Virus record (IMG/VR): IMGVR_UViG_3300045988_113203
Coordinates: 1-64,000 of that record
Reading direction: 5' to 3' (one strand)
DNA length: 64,000 nt
Source: a virus
The translations under genes and the position numbers were made by a program. Below are positions 17,888 through 27,855 of this stretch, in pieces (positions within the stretch are counted from its first letter, which is position 1; each line of letters opens with the position of its first letter). The notes below the pieces were generated by a model. That model had not been told where the DNA came from. It saw nothing but the letters and a program-made list of their open reading frames with translations, and did not search any database.

Positions 17888-18091
17888 ATGACCGACAGAG
17901 AACTTCTTGAAGAAAACAATAAGATGTTAAAGGAAATTCTAAGTTTTGTGAGAAAAGTTGATTCTGCTGAATACAGGGATCATCAAGACTTTATGGAATT
18001 TCTTAGAAATGTGGCAGCCGATATATGGGTAGAATATACGGAGCCTGAACAAAGAGGTAGATTGTTTAATTTAATAAATAAAAAGAAATGA
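17888..18091 (+). CDS. Hypothetical protein (67 aa)
   Basis: ORF. Confidence 0.45.
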   Translation: MTDRELLEENNKMLKEILSFVRKVDSAEYRDHQDFMEFLRNVAADIWVEYTEPEQRGRLFNLINKKK

Positions 18092-18753
18092 AAACAGTTT
18101 TTGATTTAAGCAGAGATGAGATTGTGGCATTGACAGACGAAGAGATAAGTCTGTATATAGACAAAGAGCTTGCTGGTAAAGGTATTCCAATTGAAGCTAA
18201 AAACTGGAATATAAAGAACGAAAAAGAAGTCGTGTATCCAAGAACTGGAGTTCCAGTATTTATGTTAAAAGATATTGGCATCGGTTTTAGAACCGTAGAA
18301 GGTGCAACTGAGGTGGCTAATTTGCTTGTTAAATATAATGCATTTAAAATAGAATCAAGGTTTCTGACAGGATCGTATGAACAGTTTTGGATCATAAAAG
18401 AAAGTGTTTGCCCGGCTATTAAAGGGGAAGCGGGGTATAGCAAAGAAGAGTTTGATAAGGTAAACAAGGAAAGCAAAGATCCAGAATTGGAAAGTATAAA
18501 TTCCTTCAATGATACTGTGAAAAAAGCCAATGAAATTAAAGACAGGGTGTTGAAATACGTGTACAACATAAAACAAGAGCGTTCATATAACAATGACCTG
18601 GTTGGTATCTTTGAAAGGTATAAAGATATAGCAGACGGTGATATGGAGGTAGCTATGAATTTTATTAAGGAGGCCTATCCATTCAATGAAGAAACAGAAT
18701 CGTTTATCAGGAAAAAGTTTGACATGCCTATGCCGGACGAATCAAAAGAGTAG
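18088..18753 (+). CDS. Hypothetical protein (221 aa)
   Basis: ORF with an ATGA overlap. Confidence 0.55.
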   Translation: MKTVFDLSRDEIVALTDEEISLYIDKELAGKGIPIEAKNWNIKNEKEVVYPRTGVPVFMLKDIGIGFRTVEGATEVANLLVKYNAFKIESRFLTGSYEQFWIIKESVCPAIKGEAGYSKEEFDKVNKESKDPELESINSFNDTVKKANEIKDRVLKYVYNIKQERSYNNDLVGIFERYKDIADGDMEVAMNFIKEAYPFNEETESFIRKKFDMPMPDESKE

Positions 18754-18830
18754 TAATTAAGCTAAATTAAATCATTTTGAATCTTTTTTTATTATCAAAA
18801 GACATATCTTTGTCCAAAAAAACAAACAGA

Positions 18831-19085
18831 ATGGAAGAAAAAGAGATAAAAGAAGCTATGATTGAAGCCCTGACGCACTTAGAGGGGTGTAAGTATTTCG
18901 TAGCCACGATAGTAAATGAAGAGGAAAGAAGATTTGATATGAGCCTAAGAATGTCACAGCATCAATTGGCGTTAATTATAAAAGGCATCTTATCTAATAA
19001 TGAGATGATGATGATGGATGTTTTGCAGTGGTGTTCTGAAAGATTTAAAAATAGTATAGAGAAAGGAAAGAAATCAACTAATTAA
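18831..19085 (+). CDS. Hypothetical protein (about 84 aa)
   Basis: ORF. Start at the internal ATG, MEEKEIKEAM. Confidence 0.45.
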   Translation: MEEKEIKEAMIEALTHLEGCKYFVATIVNEEERRFDMSLRMSQHQLALIIKGILSNNEMMMMDVLQWCSERFKNSIEKGKKSTN

Positions 19086-19096
19086 ATATTAATACA

Positions 19097-19567
19097 ATGA
19101 ATCGCTGGTTTGAAATTACGGTAAAAGCCGAGATTGATAATATCGAGAACGGCAAAAAAAAGAAAGTAACTGAAAAGTATTTGGTAGATGCCTTGTCTTA
19201 TACAGAGGCAGAATCAAGATCTTTAGAGATTTTCAAGGATTTATTTCAAGTGTTCGACATTATTAAAATAAATCCTATTAAAGTGTCGGAAATCTTCTTC
19301 AACGGAGAAGCTGAGTACTGGTATAAGTGTAAGGTGAATTACATTACACTGGATGAAAAGAAAGGTAAAGAAAAGAAAACGCCATGCTATATGTATGTCC
19401 AGGCCGGCAATCCTAAAGACGCCGAAGCTGTGTTGACTAAAGGTATGCAGGGTACGTTGGGAGACTGGAATTGCGAAGCTATTGCTGAAACGAAGATCAT
19501 TGACGTATTCAAATACGATCTTCAGAAGGGAGCTGAAAAATTAGGCGAGAAGAAGAGTGAAGAGTAA
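19097..19567 (+). CDS. Hypothetical protein (156 aa)
   Basis: ORF. Confidence 0.5.
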   Translation: MNRWFEITVKAEIDNIENGKKKKVTEKYLVDALSYTEAESRSLEIFKDLFQVFDIIKINPIKVSEIFFNGEAEYWYKCKVNYITLDEKKGKEKKTPCYMYVQAGNPKDAEAVLTKGMQGTLGDWNCEAIAETKIIDVFKYDLQKGAEKLGEKKSEE

Positions 19568-19796
19568 GGCTGATGTAGTTTCCAACATAGCGCTTGTTGT
19601 GGCGATAATATCATTGCTTTCAGCAGGCGCTTTCCTTCTGATAGTGATTAAGACAGACGAGGTATCTAAATTATTAATGAACGTACCTTATCTACTGGCT
19701 TCAGCGGGATTGTTCTTTTCAATAATATCATTATTATTCGAATGGAAAGCAAGGAAAAGAAGCTATACGTCTGCGAACGATGCGGACGAAAAGTGA
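19557..19796 (+). CDS. Hypothetical small membrane protein (79 aa, two predicted transmembrane helices)
   Basis: Hydrophobic stretches: IALVVAIISLLSAGAFLLIVI and LLASAGLFFSIISLLF. Confidence 0.45.
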   Translation: MKSKADVVSNIALVVAIISLLSAGAFLLIVIKTDEVSKLLMNVPYLLASAGLFFSIISLLFEWKARKRSYTSANDADEK

Positions 19797-20260
19797 TGAT
19801 AAGAAGTCATGGCTTATGCCAGGCTTGCAGGAGCAAAGAGTTGACTCCGAAGAAAAAAAACAGAATTACATCCATTAAAAACAGCAGCAAGAAGAAAAAG
19901 TTAGAGAACCCGGATTTATCCGGGTTTTTTCGTCTTATGTTGGAGGAGTTGGGTAGCATTCGAATGTCTATGACTGGTAAGGCTATTCATTTTCCTACAG
20001 TATGTAACGTCTGTCACATACTTCCGAAAAGGATATATAAGTCGGTTGCTACTTGCAGGGATAATATAGTTTTCCTACATGAATCGGAGCATACGGTATT
20101 CGACATGTATCTTGACAGGATGGAATTTGATAAACTTGAAACAGAATTTCCTTTTGTGTGGAAGTATGCGGTAAAGAAGGTACTGGATATGGAAAGCAGA
20201 GGAATGATTAAAGAAAGAGGTAGATTAATTATTGAAATAATTGACAGATACGAGAAATAA
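19742..20260 (+). CDS. Hypothetical protein with an N-terminal zinc ribbon and a possible HNH-like motif (CNVCHILPKR...N...LHESEH)
   Basis: CxxC...CxxC followed by an H-N-H-like spacing. The HNH assignment is tentative. Confidence 0.4.
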   Translation: MESKEKKLYVCERCGRKVMIRSHGLCQACRSKELTPKKKNRITSIKNSSKKKKLENPDLSGFFRLMLEELGSIRMSMTGKAIHFPTVCNVCHILPKRIYKSVATCRDNIVFLHESEHTVFDMYLDRMEFDKLETEFPFVWKYAVKKVLDMESRGMIKERGRLIIEIIDRYEK

Positions 20261-20318
20261 AATAGTTAAATACGATTAATAGTATATTGTATTTGAAATA
20301 ATATAGTATATTTGCGAC

Positions 20319-20924
20319 ATGAAAACAAATAAAGTATTAAAGATATTACAAATCACAAGACCCACTTTGACTAAATATGTCAAAGTGGGTAAAATCAGAG
20401 TAATCACAAAACCGAATGGTTTTTATGATTACAACGAAGATGATGTATATTCACTCGCTGGTTATTCAACAAGAAGGTTGACGGTTGCGTACTCAAGAGT
20501 TTCTACAAACAAGCAAAAGAAAGACCTTGAAAACCAAGAAAAATCAATCGTATCTTATTGTAATAACAATGGGATAAGAGTTGATAAATCATACAAAGAT
20601 ATTGCAAGTGGAATGAACTTCGATAGGAAGCAGTTCCTTGAAATGTTTAACGATATCATAGATAGAAAAATACAGACTGTTTATATAACATATAAGGATA
20701 GGTTGTCAAGAATTTCTTTTGATCTGTTTGAAAAACTTTTCAGGGAGTTTGGGTGTGAGATTATTGTAATAAACAATACGGAAGATAGAGAAACAAATGA
20801 ATCAGAGATATTTGGAGAAATTATTTCCATGCTTCATTGTTTTGCTATGAAAATGTACTCGAAAAGAAGAAAAAATAAACTTGAAATCGTAAGTAAGGAT
20901 TTAGAAAATGAGATTAGTCTATAA
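20319..20924 (+). CDS. tnpA: IS607-type TnpA serine recombinase. N-terminal MerR-like HTH (LKILQITRPTLTKYV) plus a resolvase catalytic domain with the active-site Ser in VAYSRVSTNKQ.
   Basis: Motifs read directly. The 201-aa size is typical of IS607 TnpA. Confidence 0.8.
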   Translation: MKTNKVLKILQITRPTLTKYVKVGKIRVITKPNGFYDYNEDDVYSLAGYSTRRLTVAYSRVSTNKQKKDLENQEKSIVSYCNNNGIRVDKSYKDIASGMNFDRKQFLEMFNDIIDRKIQTVYITYKDRLSRISFDLFEKLFREFGCEIIVINNTEDRETNESEIFGEIISMLHCFAMKMYSKRRKNKLEIVSKDLENEISL

Positions 20925-22140
20925 GTTCAACATAGGGAAGAATGAAGAGATATCGAAGCTGTGCAAGGTTAGCAACAACCTGTATAACCAAGCTTTGTAT
21001 GTCTTTCGGGAAACATTGAAAAATGAATCCAAATGGCTTTCCTATTTTGAACTTGATAAAATCTTGAAGGATACAAGAAACTTGGATGGAGAAATAAATT
21101 ACAGATTACTGAAGGCTCAATGTTCTCAACAGGTACTTAAACTACTTGATAAGAATATAAAAAGCTATTACGAATCTGTTCGGGATTATAAGAGGCATCC
21201 AAATAAGTATAAGGAAAAACCGGGTCTTCCTAAATATAGAAAAAGAGGTTCCGAGTTTAACATGTATTATACGAATCAAAATTGTAGAATAAGGAATGGT
21301 AAAATAATTCTATCAAAGGAACTTTCGATAGATATTCCTCAATATGAAAAGTATTCTTACTTGCTTGAAAATTTCAAACAAATCAGAATATTACCTAATC
21401 ACATAGGATACAGGATTGAAGTTATCTATGAGGTGGAAGATGTTGAAATCCCTAAAAGGAAGGAAGAGAAAATAGCTTCCATTGATTTAGGAATAGACAA
21501 TCTGGCGACTATTGTCAGTGAGGATTTTACTATCATTTTTAGTGGTAAATTTGTTAAATCACACAATCAATTATTTAATAAAACACTTGCTAAATTAAAT
21601 AGCATAAAGGATTTACAAAAGATAAAAGGAACAACAAAACGAATAAAGAAATTATATTATGATAGAGAACAGTACATAGAAGATGTCTTTCATAAAATCA
21701 GTAGAAAGATAGTTGATTTACTTATCGATTCCAAGATAACAAAATTAGTTGTAGGTTATAATAAGGGATGGAAAACTGGAGTAAACATGGGTAAAAGGAA
21801 TAACCAGAAGTTTACACAAATCCCTTTTGCGAGATTGGTTAGTTACTTAGAATATAAATGTGAATTAGCTGGTATTGAAATAGTTATTCATGAAGAGTCA
21901 TATACTTCAAAATGTGATTTTATTGCATTTGAGAAGATAGGAAAACATGAAAACTATTTAGGAAAGAGGAAGAAACGAGGATTATTTCAATCTTCAGTAG
22001 GAAAACTCATAAATGCAGACGTAAATGGAGCATTAAACATTATGAGAAAAGTAGTCGGTGATTCCTGTGAATCAATTCGTAGGATAATCGATAGAGGGTT
22101 ATTGTTTAACCCGGTAAGGATTACGAATGTATTTTGCTAA
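20908..22140 (+). CDS. tnpB: TnpB-family protein. RuvC-I is IASIDLGIDNLA, RuvC-II is HEESYTSK and RuvC-III is INADVNGALNI. The CxxC...CxxC zinc finger is missing and replaced by GKRKKRGLFQSS.
   Basis: The N-terminal MRLVYKFNIG is TnpB-like. All three RuvC acidic residues are present. No Cys pair lies between RuvC-II and RuvC-III. Confidence 0.8.
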   Translation: MRLVYKFNIGKNEEISKLCKVSNNLYNQALYVFRETLKNESKWLSYFELDKILKDTRNLDGEINYRLLKAQCSQQVLKLLDKNIKSYYESVRDYKRHPNKYKEKPGLPKYRKRGSEFNMYYTNQNCRIRNGKIILSKELSIDIPQYEKYSYLLENFKQIRILPNHIGYRIEVIYEVEDVEIPKRKEEKIASIDLGIDNLATIVSEDFTIIFSGKFVKSHNQLFNKTLAKLNSIKDLQKIKGTTKRIKKLYYDREQYIEDVFHKISRKIVDLLIDSKITKLVVGYNKGWKTGVNMGKRNNQKFTQIPFARLVSYLEYKCELAGIEIVIHEESYTSKCDFIAFEKIGKHENYLGKRKKRGLFQSSVGKLINADVNGALNIMRKVVGDSCESIRRIIDRGLLFNPVRITNVFC

Positions 22141-22205
22141 GAAGTACATTTTGAAACTTATAAAGAAATGTAATAAGTTTTATTTAATTTAATATTTTTC
22201 ATAAC

Positions 22206-22382
22206 ATGAGAAAACTTTATAAAATAAGAATAGAAGCTGACGATGAAACTATCTTTTATGCTCACATACAAAGAGAGAATTATGGCAAGGATATAGCTAT
22301 CGCAGTGAAAGATAGAGATAAAGATGAAGTGGAAACAGTGTTACATTGTATTAAAGAAGAATTGATTAGAGGAAGATCATGA
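22206..22382 (+). CDS. Hypothetical small protein (58 aa), below the ORF-track cutoff
   Basis: ATG...TGA overlapping the next start (ATGA). Fills an otherwise empty gap. Confidence 0.35.
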   Translation: MRKLYKIRIEADDETIFYAHIQRENYGKDIAIAVKDRDKDEVETVLHCIKEELIRGRS

Positions 22383-23698
22383 AAGAGAAAATAAAAATAT
22401 TGACAGATTTAGGGTTTGCGCCTATGGTAGAAGGAGAAGGAAATACGTTGTTTAGAATGAACGATGTTGTGATGTCGGTATCAGATCCTGATCAAACACC
22501 GGAGCAGTTAAAAAAGGAAGTTATGGCTTTGATAAAGAATAAAGACATAGCAGAAAGAGGCGGACAGGTTCCAGTAGTTAAAGAGCCGGCGCCTGAGCCA
22601 GAGCAGGCCCAGAAGGAGGAGGAACCGGAAGCTCTGGCGGAGGAAGCCGCTCCTAACCCTGGAGAAGAAGATTCGAATCCGTTTACAGAAAATCAGGAAA
22701 CGTTAGAGCCGTTTTATATCTGCGATGAGTTGAAGAAGATTGAGACTCCCAAATTCGTAAGATTGACATTAGACGATAATCGTTTTTATGTAAGGAAGAT
22801 GGATGATGGAACGGCCAAGATATATGCTTCGGTAACAACTTTAATCAAAGATGGGTATGTAGATGATAAGACCGCACTTCAGGAATGGAAGCAAGAGATG
22901 AAGATGCTTGGTCGCAATCCGGAAGAGGTGGCGCAGTATGAAGCTGATAAGGGAACGATCATGCACTACTTATACGGATTGTACCTAACAGGTAGAGATA
23001 TGGTCTTAAATCGAAGTTTTATAGTTAAGACAGTGCAAGAAGGCAAGCTGAAGATATCGAAAAAGAATCTTGACAAATTCTTTGGTAGCATAGATGATCT
23101 TGACGATATGATTGTCAGAGTTATGAAGTTTGCTAAGTTTTGTTCGGAGTATAAGGTTAAGCCGATGATGATTGAAAGAATATTGTCATTAGAAGACTAT
23201 TTGGTAGCTACGCCGATAGATGCGATGGTTAAAATGACATTCAAGTACAAAGAAGAAGGTTATTTTGGAGCCGTGTATCAAAGGGCTACAGGGCAGTTTA
23301 AAAAAGGTGATCCGAAGAAGGAGGTAAGAGAAGTGGAGAAGGAAGAAGTGGTTATTCTCGACTTTAAATCAGGGGGAATATGGGAATCATACGCATTTCA
23401 ATTAGAAGCTGAAAGAAGAATGGTTAAAGCATGGTATGGGATTGATGCACGTATTATGAACTTTTCTCCAAAAAGCACGAGCAGCAAAGGATATACGCTG
23501 AAAGAATGGACAGAAGACAGTATAGCACTTGAAAAGGCGGACTGCGTGTTCCAACAAGGTATGTTGAATCACCTTAGAAAAGATAAGAAGTTCAAAGTGA
23601 GAAAAGGAGTGCTGAATATCAATAAGCCGTACAATGAAGAGGATCATACGGTCGTGTATGATATTGCAGAGGAAATGTCTAAAAGATTCATAATATGA
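22379..23698 (+). CDS. Putative PD-(D/E)xK-family nuclease (439 aa) with an acidic low-complexity N-terminal linker
   Basis: Candidate motifs are PIDAMV (motif II), VVILDFKSG (motif III, DxK) and QLEAERRMVKAWY (Q..Y). The assignment is tentative. Confidence 0.45.
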   Translation: MKEKIKILTDLGFAPMVEGEGNTLFRMNDVVMSVSDPDQTPEQLKKEVMALIKNKDIAERGGQVPVVKEPAPEPEQAQKEEEPEALAEEAAPNPGEEDSNPFTENQETLEPFYICDELKKIETPKFVRLTLDDNRFYVRKMDDGTAKIYASVTTLIKDGYVDDKTALQEWKQEMKMLGRNPEEVAQYEADKGTIMHYLYGLYLTGRDMVLNRSFIVKTVQEGKLKISKKNLDKFFGSIDDLDDMIVRVMKFAKFCSEYKVKPMMIERILSLEDYLVATPIDAMVKMTFKYKEEGYFGAVYQRATGQFKKGDPKKEVREVEKEEVVILDFKSGGIWESYAFQLEAERRMVKAWYGIDARIMNFSPKSTSSKGYTLKEWTEDSIALEKADCVFQQGMLNHLRKDKKFKVRKGVLNINKPYNEEDHTVVYDIAEEMSKRFII

Positions 23699-23928
23699 AC
23701 GATATTGTTATTCCTGAAGGAGATTATATAGAAATCGTAAAACCGATATGTATCAATCCTTTTGGTGATTATTTTATTAACATCAAAAGGGGTTCAAGAT
23801 TAAGATTATCGAAAGATTTGAAAATAGGAGATAAATATGCAATATGTGTACTTGCATCTCATAAGAAATATGGCAAAACCATCGAAACAATAATGCCTAT
23901 ATTGGTCAGAAATACAAGAAGAGTATGA
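23695..23928 (+). CDS. Hypothetical protein (77 aa)
   Basis: ORF with an ATGA overlap. Confidence 0.45.
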   Translation: MNDIVIPEGDYIEIVKPICINPFGDYFINIKRGSRLRLSKDLKIGDKYAICVLASHKKYGKTIETIMPILVRNTRRV

Positions 23929-24275
23929 AAAGAAAAATTAGAAGAACAGGAGAGATAATAGACGTAATCACTTTCAGTAGCTCAACTACAAGAAGCGACC
24001 ATGACAGAATACAGTTCTATGGTGATAATGGGAATGTGATAAGTGAGAGTTTAAATTTTTATCTCGATACCCTTCCTGTAAATGACGAAAACAAAGATGT
24101 AGACTGGGAGCAACGTAGATTCGATCTTATCAAGGCTTATTCTATTGAGTTTGTTAAAGCACAAAATAGAAAAGGTGAAATAGATTGCGGAGTATATGTA
24201 CCAGATGTGGTGTCATGGTCTATAACTATAGCAGATAGAATCATAGAGGCGATGAGAGGAGTTAAAAATGCTTGA
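23925..24275 (+). CDS. Hypothetical protein (116 aa)
   Basis: ORF. Confidence 0.5.
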   Translation: MKRKIRRTGEIIDVITFSSSTTRSDHDRIQFYGDNGNVISESLNFYLDTLPVNDENKDVDWEQRRFDLIKAYSIEFVKAQNRKGEIDCGVYVPDVVSWSITIADRIIEAMRGVKNA

Positions 24276-25281
24276 TTTTAGAAAATACGAAAACGTACCT
24301 CGGTTTCAACTTGACCGCAGGCCGGGCAGGAGCCGACTGAAGCTAACCTGCCCAGCTTGCGGGAAAAGCCGGTGCCTCACTCCTTATATTGATGTGGCAA
24401 CAGGTCAGGTTGTTGGCAACGAGTTCGGAAGATGCGATCATGAACGGACTTGCGGTTACGATAAACGACCTACCGGTAAGGATGTAGGTGACAAAGATCT
24501 TTGGATTTCAGGAAACAAGTGTATAAGAGCTTATCGTCCTCCTGTAAATCCTGACGTTGTAAATTACATACCTTTTAGCGAGTTTGAGAGGACTGTGGTT
24601 CCAGATGATAGAAATACTGTATTTAGATTTTTATCGTCTCTATGGGGAAAAGAAAGGGTATCTGACGTATTTAGAAGATATCATGTCGGAACAATGGACT
24701 TATGGGGATGGAAAGGGTGTTGTATATTCTGGCAGATAGACAAAGATTTTGTATGCAGAACCGGCAAGATCATGGACTTTTGTATAAAGACCGACAGCCA
24801 GGGGAATGAGATTGATGTAAAAAGAGTGAAGGAAAAAGACGGTGACAATGAGCGGCCTCATGTTATGTTTTATCACTCGTTGCATGCAAGAGACTTCTTG
24901 TTTAGACAATGCCTGTTTGGAGAACATCTTCTAAGCCAGTATCCGGATAAGGTGGTTAATTTGGTGGAATCAGAAAAGACGGCTATTATATGCGCTGTGA
25001 ATAAACCAGATGAGTTATTTGTAGCTACCGGTGGGTTGCAGAATCTAAGGCCGGAAGTGATAGATGTTTTAAAAGATAGAAAGACTGTAGCTTTTCCGGA
25101 CAAAGGACAAGCATTTGAGACATGGAGTAAAAAGATAGATGGGATGATGATGAAGTCAAGGATAAAAGTATCGGACTATCTTCAAAATGTTGAAAATGTA
25201 GGAGACGGAGATGATGTGGCAGATTTGATAATTAGTAACAAGATAAAAGAAAAATATCATGAGCCTGGATGTTTATATTAA
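24268..25281 (+). CDS. Putative primase-like protein. N-terminal zinc ribbon (CPACG...CDHERTCGY) plus a TOPRIM-like segment (VNLVESEKTAII...AFPDKG).
   Basis: Motif resemblance only. The TOPRIM DxD motif is imperfect. Confidence 0.4.
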   Translation: MLDFRKYENVPRFQLDRRPGRSRLKLTCPACGKSRCLTPYIDVATGQVVGNEFGRCDHERTCGYDKRPTGKDVGDKDLWISGNKCIRAYRPPVNPDVVNYIPFSEFERTVVPDDRNTVFRFLSSLWGKERVSDVFRRYHVGTMDLWGWKGCCIFWQIDKDFVCRTGKIMDFCIKTDSQGNEIDVKRVKEKDGDNERPHVMFYHSLHARDFLFRQCLFGEHLLSQYPDKVVNLVESEKTAIICAVNKPDELFVATGGLQNLRPEVIDVLKDRKTVAFPDKGQAFETWSKKIDGMMMKSRIKVSDYLQNVENVGDGDDVADLIISNKIKEKYHEPGCLY

Positions 25282-25612
25282 GAACAAGAAGAAAGAAGAG
25301 GATCGTGAATGGGTTGCAAACATCACCCACAACATGAACAAGATGGCACAAAGAATATTCGTATCGGAAAATAAAGAAACGCTGTACGATTATGTTTGGA
25401 GACCAGAAGAATTGTATAAAGAAATATATACCAATGAGATGAAGAATGTACTTACAAAAGGTATATGTATTATGATCTCTAAGAGAAAAAGTCTTTTGAG
25501 ATACGAGCCGGAAAACGGATGGGGGTCTTATGATTCATTTCTTAAGTTTCTTATCAAATACAAAGAGGCGTGTGAAGATCATCCGGGTTATATAATTGAA
25601 GCAAGTAGATAA
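25259..25612 (+). CDS. Hypothetical protein (117 aa)
   Basis: ORF. Confidence 0.5.
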   Translation: MSLDVYIKNKKKEEDREWVANITHNMNKMAQRIFVSENKETLYDYVWRPEELYKEIYTNEMKNVLTKGICIMISKRKSLLRYEPENGWGSYDSFLKFLIKYKEACEDHPGYIIEASR

Positions 25613-25616
25613 CAAC

Positions 25617-25874
25617 ATGGAAAATTATAAAAATACTTTAAATGAGGTAGTGGTGATCGAATCGTCACCAGAAACGTATTTTGTTTACGCTATTCGTAAT
25701 GCTATTCGTATCTCTAAATGTGCGTATCCGACAGCCAAGAAAGTAATTTTCAAAAGAGAGGACGTAGAGGTAGAGATCTCAGAAATGGAAACTGAAAGCA
25801 GTTTGCATGAAAAGTTTAAAGAAAAACAAAAGAATAGGGTATGGAACCTAATGAGCGCCAACAACGGGTTTTAA
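25617..25874 (+). CDS. Hypothetical protein (about 85 aa)
   Basis: ORF. Start at the internal ATG, MENYKN. Confidence 0.45.
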   Translation: MENYKNTLNEVVVIESSPETYFVYAIRNAIRISKCAYPTAKKVIFKREDVEVEISEMETESSLHEKFKEKQKNRVWNLMSANNGF

Positions 25875-26407
25875 GAGGCGAAATTTGTCCTTATTGCGGA
25901 AGAGAAACTGAGCTGGTAAATGCCGATAAAATATATAGCAGAAAAGGCTTAGGGATGGTTATGATGTGCAAACCATGCAACGCTTATGTCGGTGTTCATG
26001 AATCAGGGCCGAATAAGGGAAAAGCTAAAGGCCGGCTTGCGGGGCCATCACTGAGGTCTCTTAAGATAAGAGTCCATGCCGAACTTGACAGATTATGGTC
26101 TACGCCGGAGGAACGGGAAAGGATGTATAAAGATTTATCTGAATTTCTATCTATACCGGAAGAGTACACACATATAGGTATGTTTGGCGAGAAGACGATG
26201 GGAAAAGTCTTTCAGTTCTGTCATGTAAACAAAGAACGATCAGGTTCGAGAATAGAATGGCATAAGCCTGGAGATAAGTGCCCTAATAAGAACAATCAAA
26301 TAGTGTCAGGAAGTAGCGCATGTAGAGGATGTCCTGAGTATCTTCATGATGAGAAAGATGGGTATGTCTGGTGTGATCCTGATATGAGCTACGGCAGGTT
26401 GAAATAG
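25841..26407 (+). CDS. Hypothetical zinc-ribbon-domain protein (188 aa; CPYCG...CKPCN)
   Basis: Cys pairs at the N-terminus. Confidence 0.5.
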   Translation: MEPNERQQRVLRGEICPYCGRETELVNADKIYSRKGLGMVMMCKPCNAYVGVHESGPNKGKAKGRLAGPSLRSLKIRVHAELDRLWSTPEERERMYKDLSEFLSIPEEYTHIGMFGEKTMGKVFQFCHVNKERSGSRIEWHKPGDKCPNKNNQIVSGSSACRGCPEYLHDEKDGYVWCDPDMSYGRLK

Positions 26408-26459
26408 GGAGCGAATTGCCTATCTTTGTGCTATTATTAATCAAAAAAAATATAAGCAC

Positions 26460-26738
26460 ATGGGCAGATCAACAGAGTACTACAGGACTCATCCCGAAGC
26501 CAGGAAGAAAAAGGCTAAAAAGGACAAGGAGATAAATGCCAGACCGGAACAGAAAGCCAAACGCCGAGAGCTTGGTCGTAAAAACTACGAAACGGACAAG
26601 AAGAAGGGTAAGGGCTGGAGAAAAGGAAAGGATTGTTCTCATACCAAGAACGGTCTTAGGTATAAATCAGTAAAAGCTAATAGGGGATCCAAATCGGATA
26701 CAAAAGGTGACAAAAATGCACGAGGAGATAGCAAATAG
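26460..26738 (+). CDS. Hypothetical highly basic (K/R-rich) protein (92 aa)
   Basis: ORF. Overlaps the start of the next gene. Confidence 0.4.
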   Translation: MGRSTEYYRTHPEARKKKAKKDKEINARPEQKAKRRELGRKNYETDKKKGKGWRKGKDCSHTKNGLRYKSVKANRGSKSDTKGDKNARGDSK

Positions 26739-27840
26739 GATAGATATAAGAAGGATATTCAAGACCTCTAAACAGGTTATGGAAGAGGCGTATGAGAATA
26801 TCTTGAAATACAGGCGGGGAGAGCTTATCCCCGCTAAAACCGGATACGATTATATTGATGAGGCTTTGCTTGGAGGTATTTTTCCTCAGCATGCTATTGC
26901 TATAGGGGCCCGGCCATCTGTAGGTAAATCGTATGTGGCCCAAAAGATATTGGAAAATGTGATGAATCCGATGATCAACCCGCAAGCAGAAGATTATTTT
27001 CTTGTCAATTGCGAGTTCGAAATGAATCCTCAGGATCTTCTTCTTCGCAGAATGAGCCAGGATATGAAAAAGCGAGCTCCTGAAATATTAAGAAGGCAAG
27101 ATTCTAATACAGTAGAAGAGATGAGGATGTTTGAAATCCTTCAAGGTGAAATCAGAAATAATATAATATACATCGATGCTCCGTGTACGGTAAAAGAGTT
27201 TGAGGCGGCTGTGTATCATATAGCTACCAAACACAAAGACAAACGTCTTATAATATTTAAAGTCGATCATATTGCTTTGATAAAAAGAATGGGATTAGAT
27301 CCTAAGTCGGCTATAGATGATTTGGTGGCGGTTATGAACGAAGCTAAATTAGTATATAAAAACATATTTTTCCTCATCATATCCCAATTCAACAGAGAAA
27401 TAGAAGGAAGGATAAAAAGCCCACAAGAGCAGCCTCCGCGTCTTTCTGATTTTTACCAATCCGATACGCTGGGTCAGTTATGTACGTTAATGATAGGTTT
27501 GCACAATCCTCGTAGGTACGGGCTGGATAAGTATATGATATTTGGGAAAGACTGGTATCAGACCCTTGATAGGTTTAAAACTGAAAACAAAACATCATTC
27601 AGAACAGCCGGACTGGTGTTTCATCATATACTGAAGGTAAGGCAAGTTAGTATGGAAGAGCTTACTAATACAATCCACCCAGAGATACTGCCGGGACATG
27701 GATGGATGTACGGGGAGGGCGGGACGAAGTTCGTGAACCCCAACCAGCCGCCGACGCCGCCCAAGCTCTATACTGTGGAAGACGTTACGGACAATCAGGA
27801 ACAAGAACAAGAGACAAAAGAAGAACAGTCATTGTATTAA
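26707..27840 (+). CDS. DnaB-like replicative helicase (RecA-fold C-terminal domain). Walker A is GARPSVGKS, preceded by IDEALLGGIFP.
   Basis: Shine-Dalgarno AAAGG followed by ATG. Motifs read directly. The C-terminal tail is GC-rich. Confidence 0.65.
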   Translation: MTKMHEEIANRIDIRRIFKTSKQVMEEAYENILKYRRGELIPAKTGYDYIDEALLGGIFPQHAIAIGARPSVGKSYVAQKILENVMNPMINPQAEDYFLVNCEFEMNPQDLLLRRMSQDMKKRAPEILRRQDSNTVEEMRMFEILQGEIRNNIIYIDAPCTVKEFEAAVYHIATKHKDKRLIIFKVDHIALIKRMGLDPKSAIDDLVAVMNEAKLVYKNIFFLIISQFNREIEGRIKSPQEQPPRLSDFYQSDTLGQLCTLMIGLHNPRRYGLDKYMIFGKDWYQTLDRFKTENKTSFRTAGLVFHHILKVRQVSMEELTNTIHPEILPGHGWMYGEGGTKFVNPNQPPTPPKLYTVEDVTDNQEQEQETKEEQSLY

Positions 27841-27855
27841 AAAAAAATAAGAACC

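Larger units (their letters stand above)
20285..22200 (+). mobile_element. IS607-family-like insertion sequence: serine-recombinase tnpA plus tnpB. Boundaries are approximate and no terminal inverted repeats are expected.
   Basis: Gene pair in the canonical IS607 order, with the tnpA stop overlapping the tnpB start. Confidence 0.65.
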
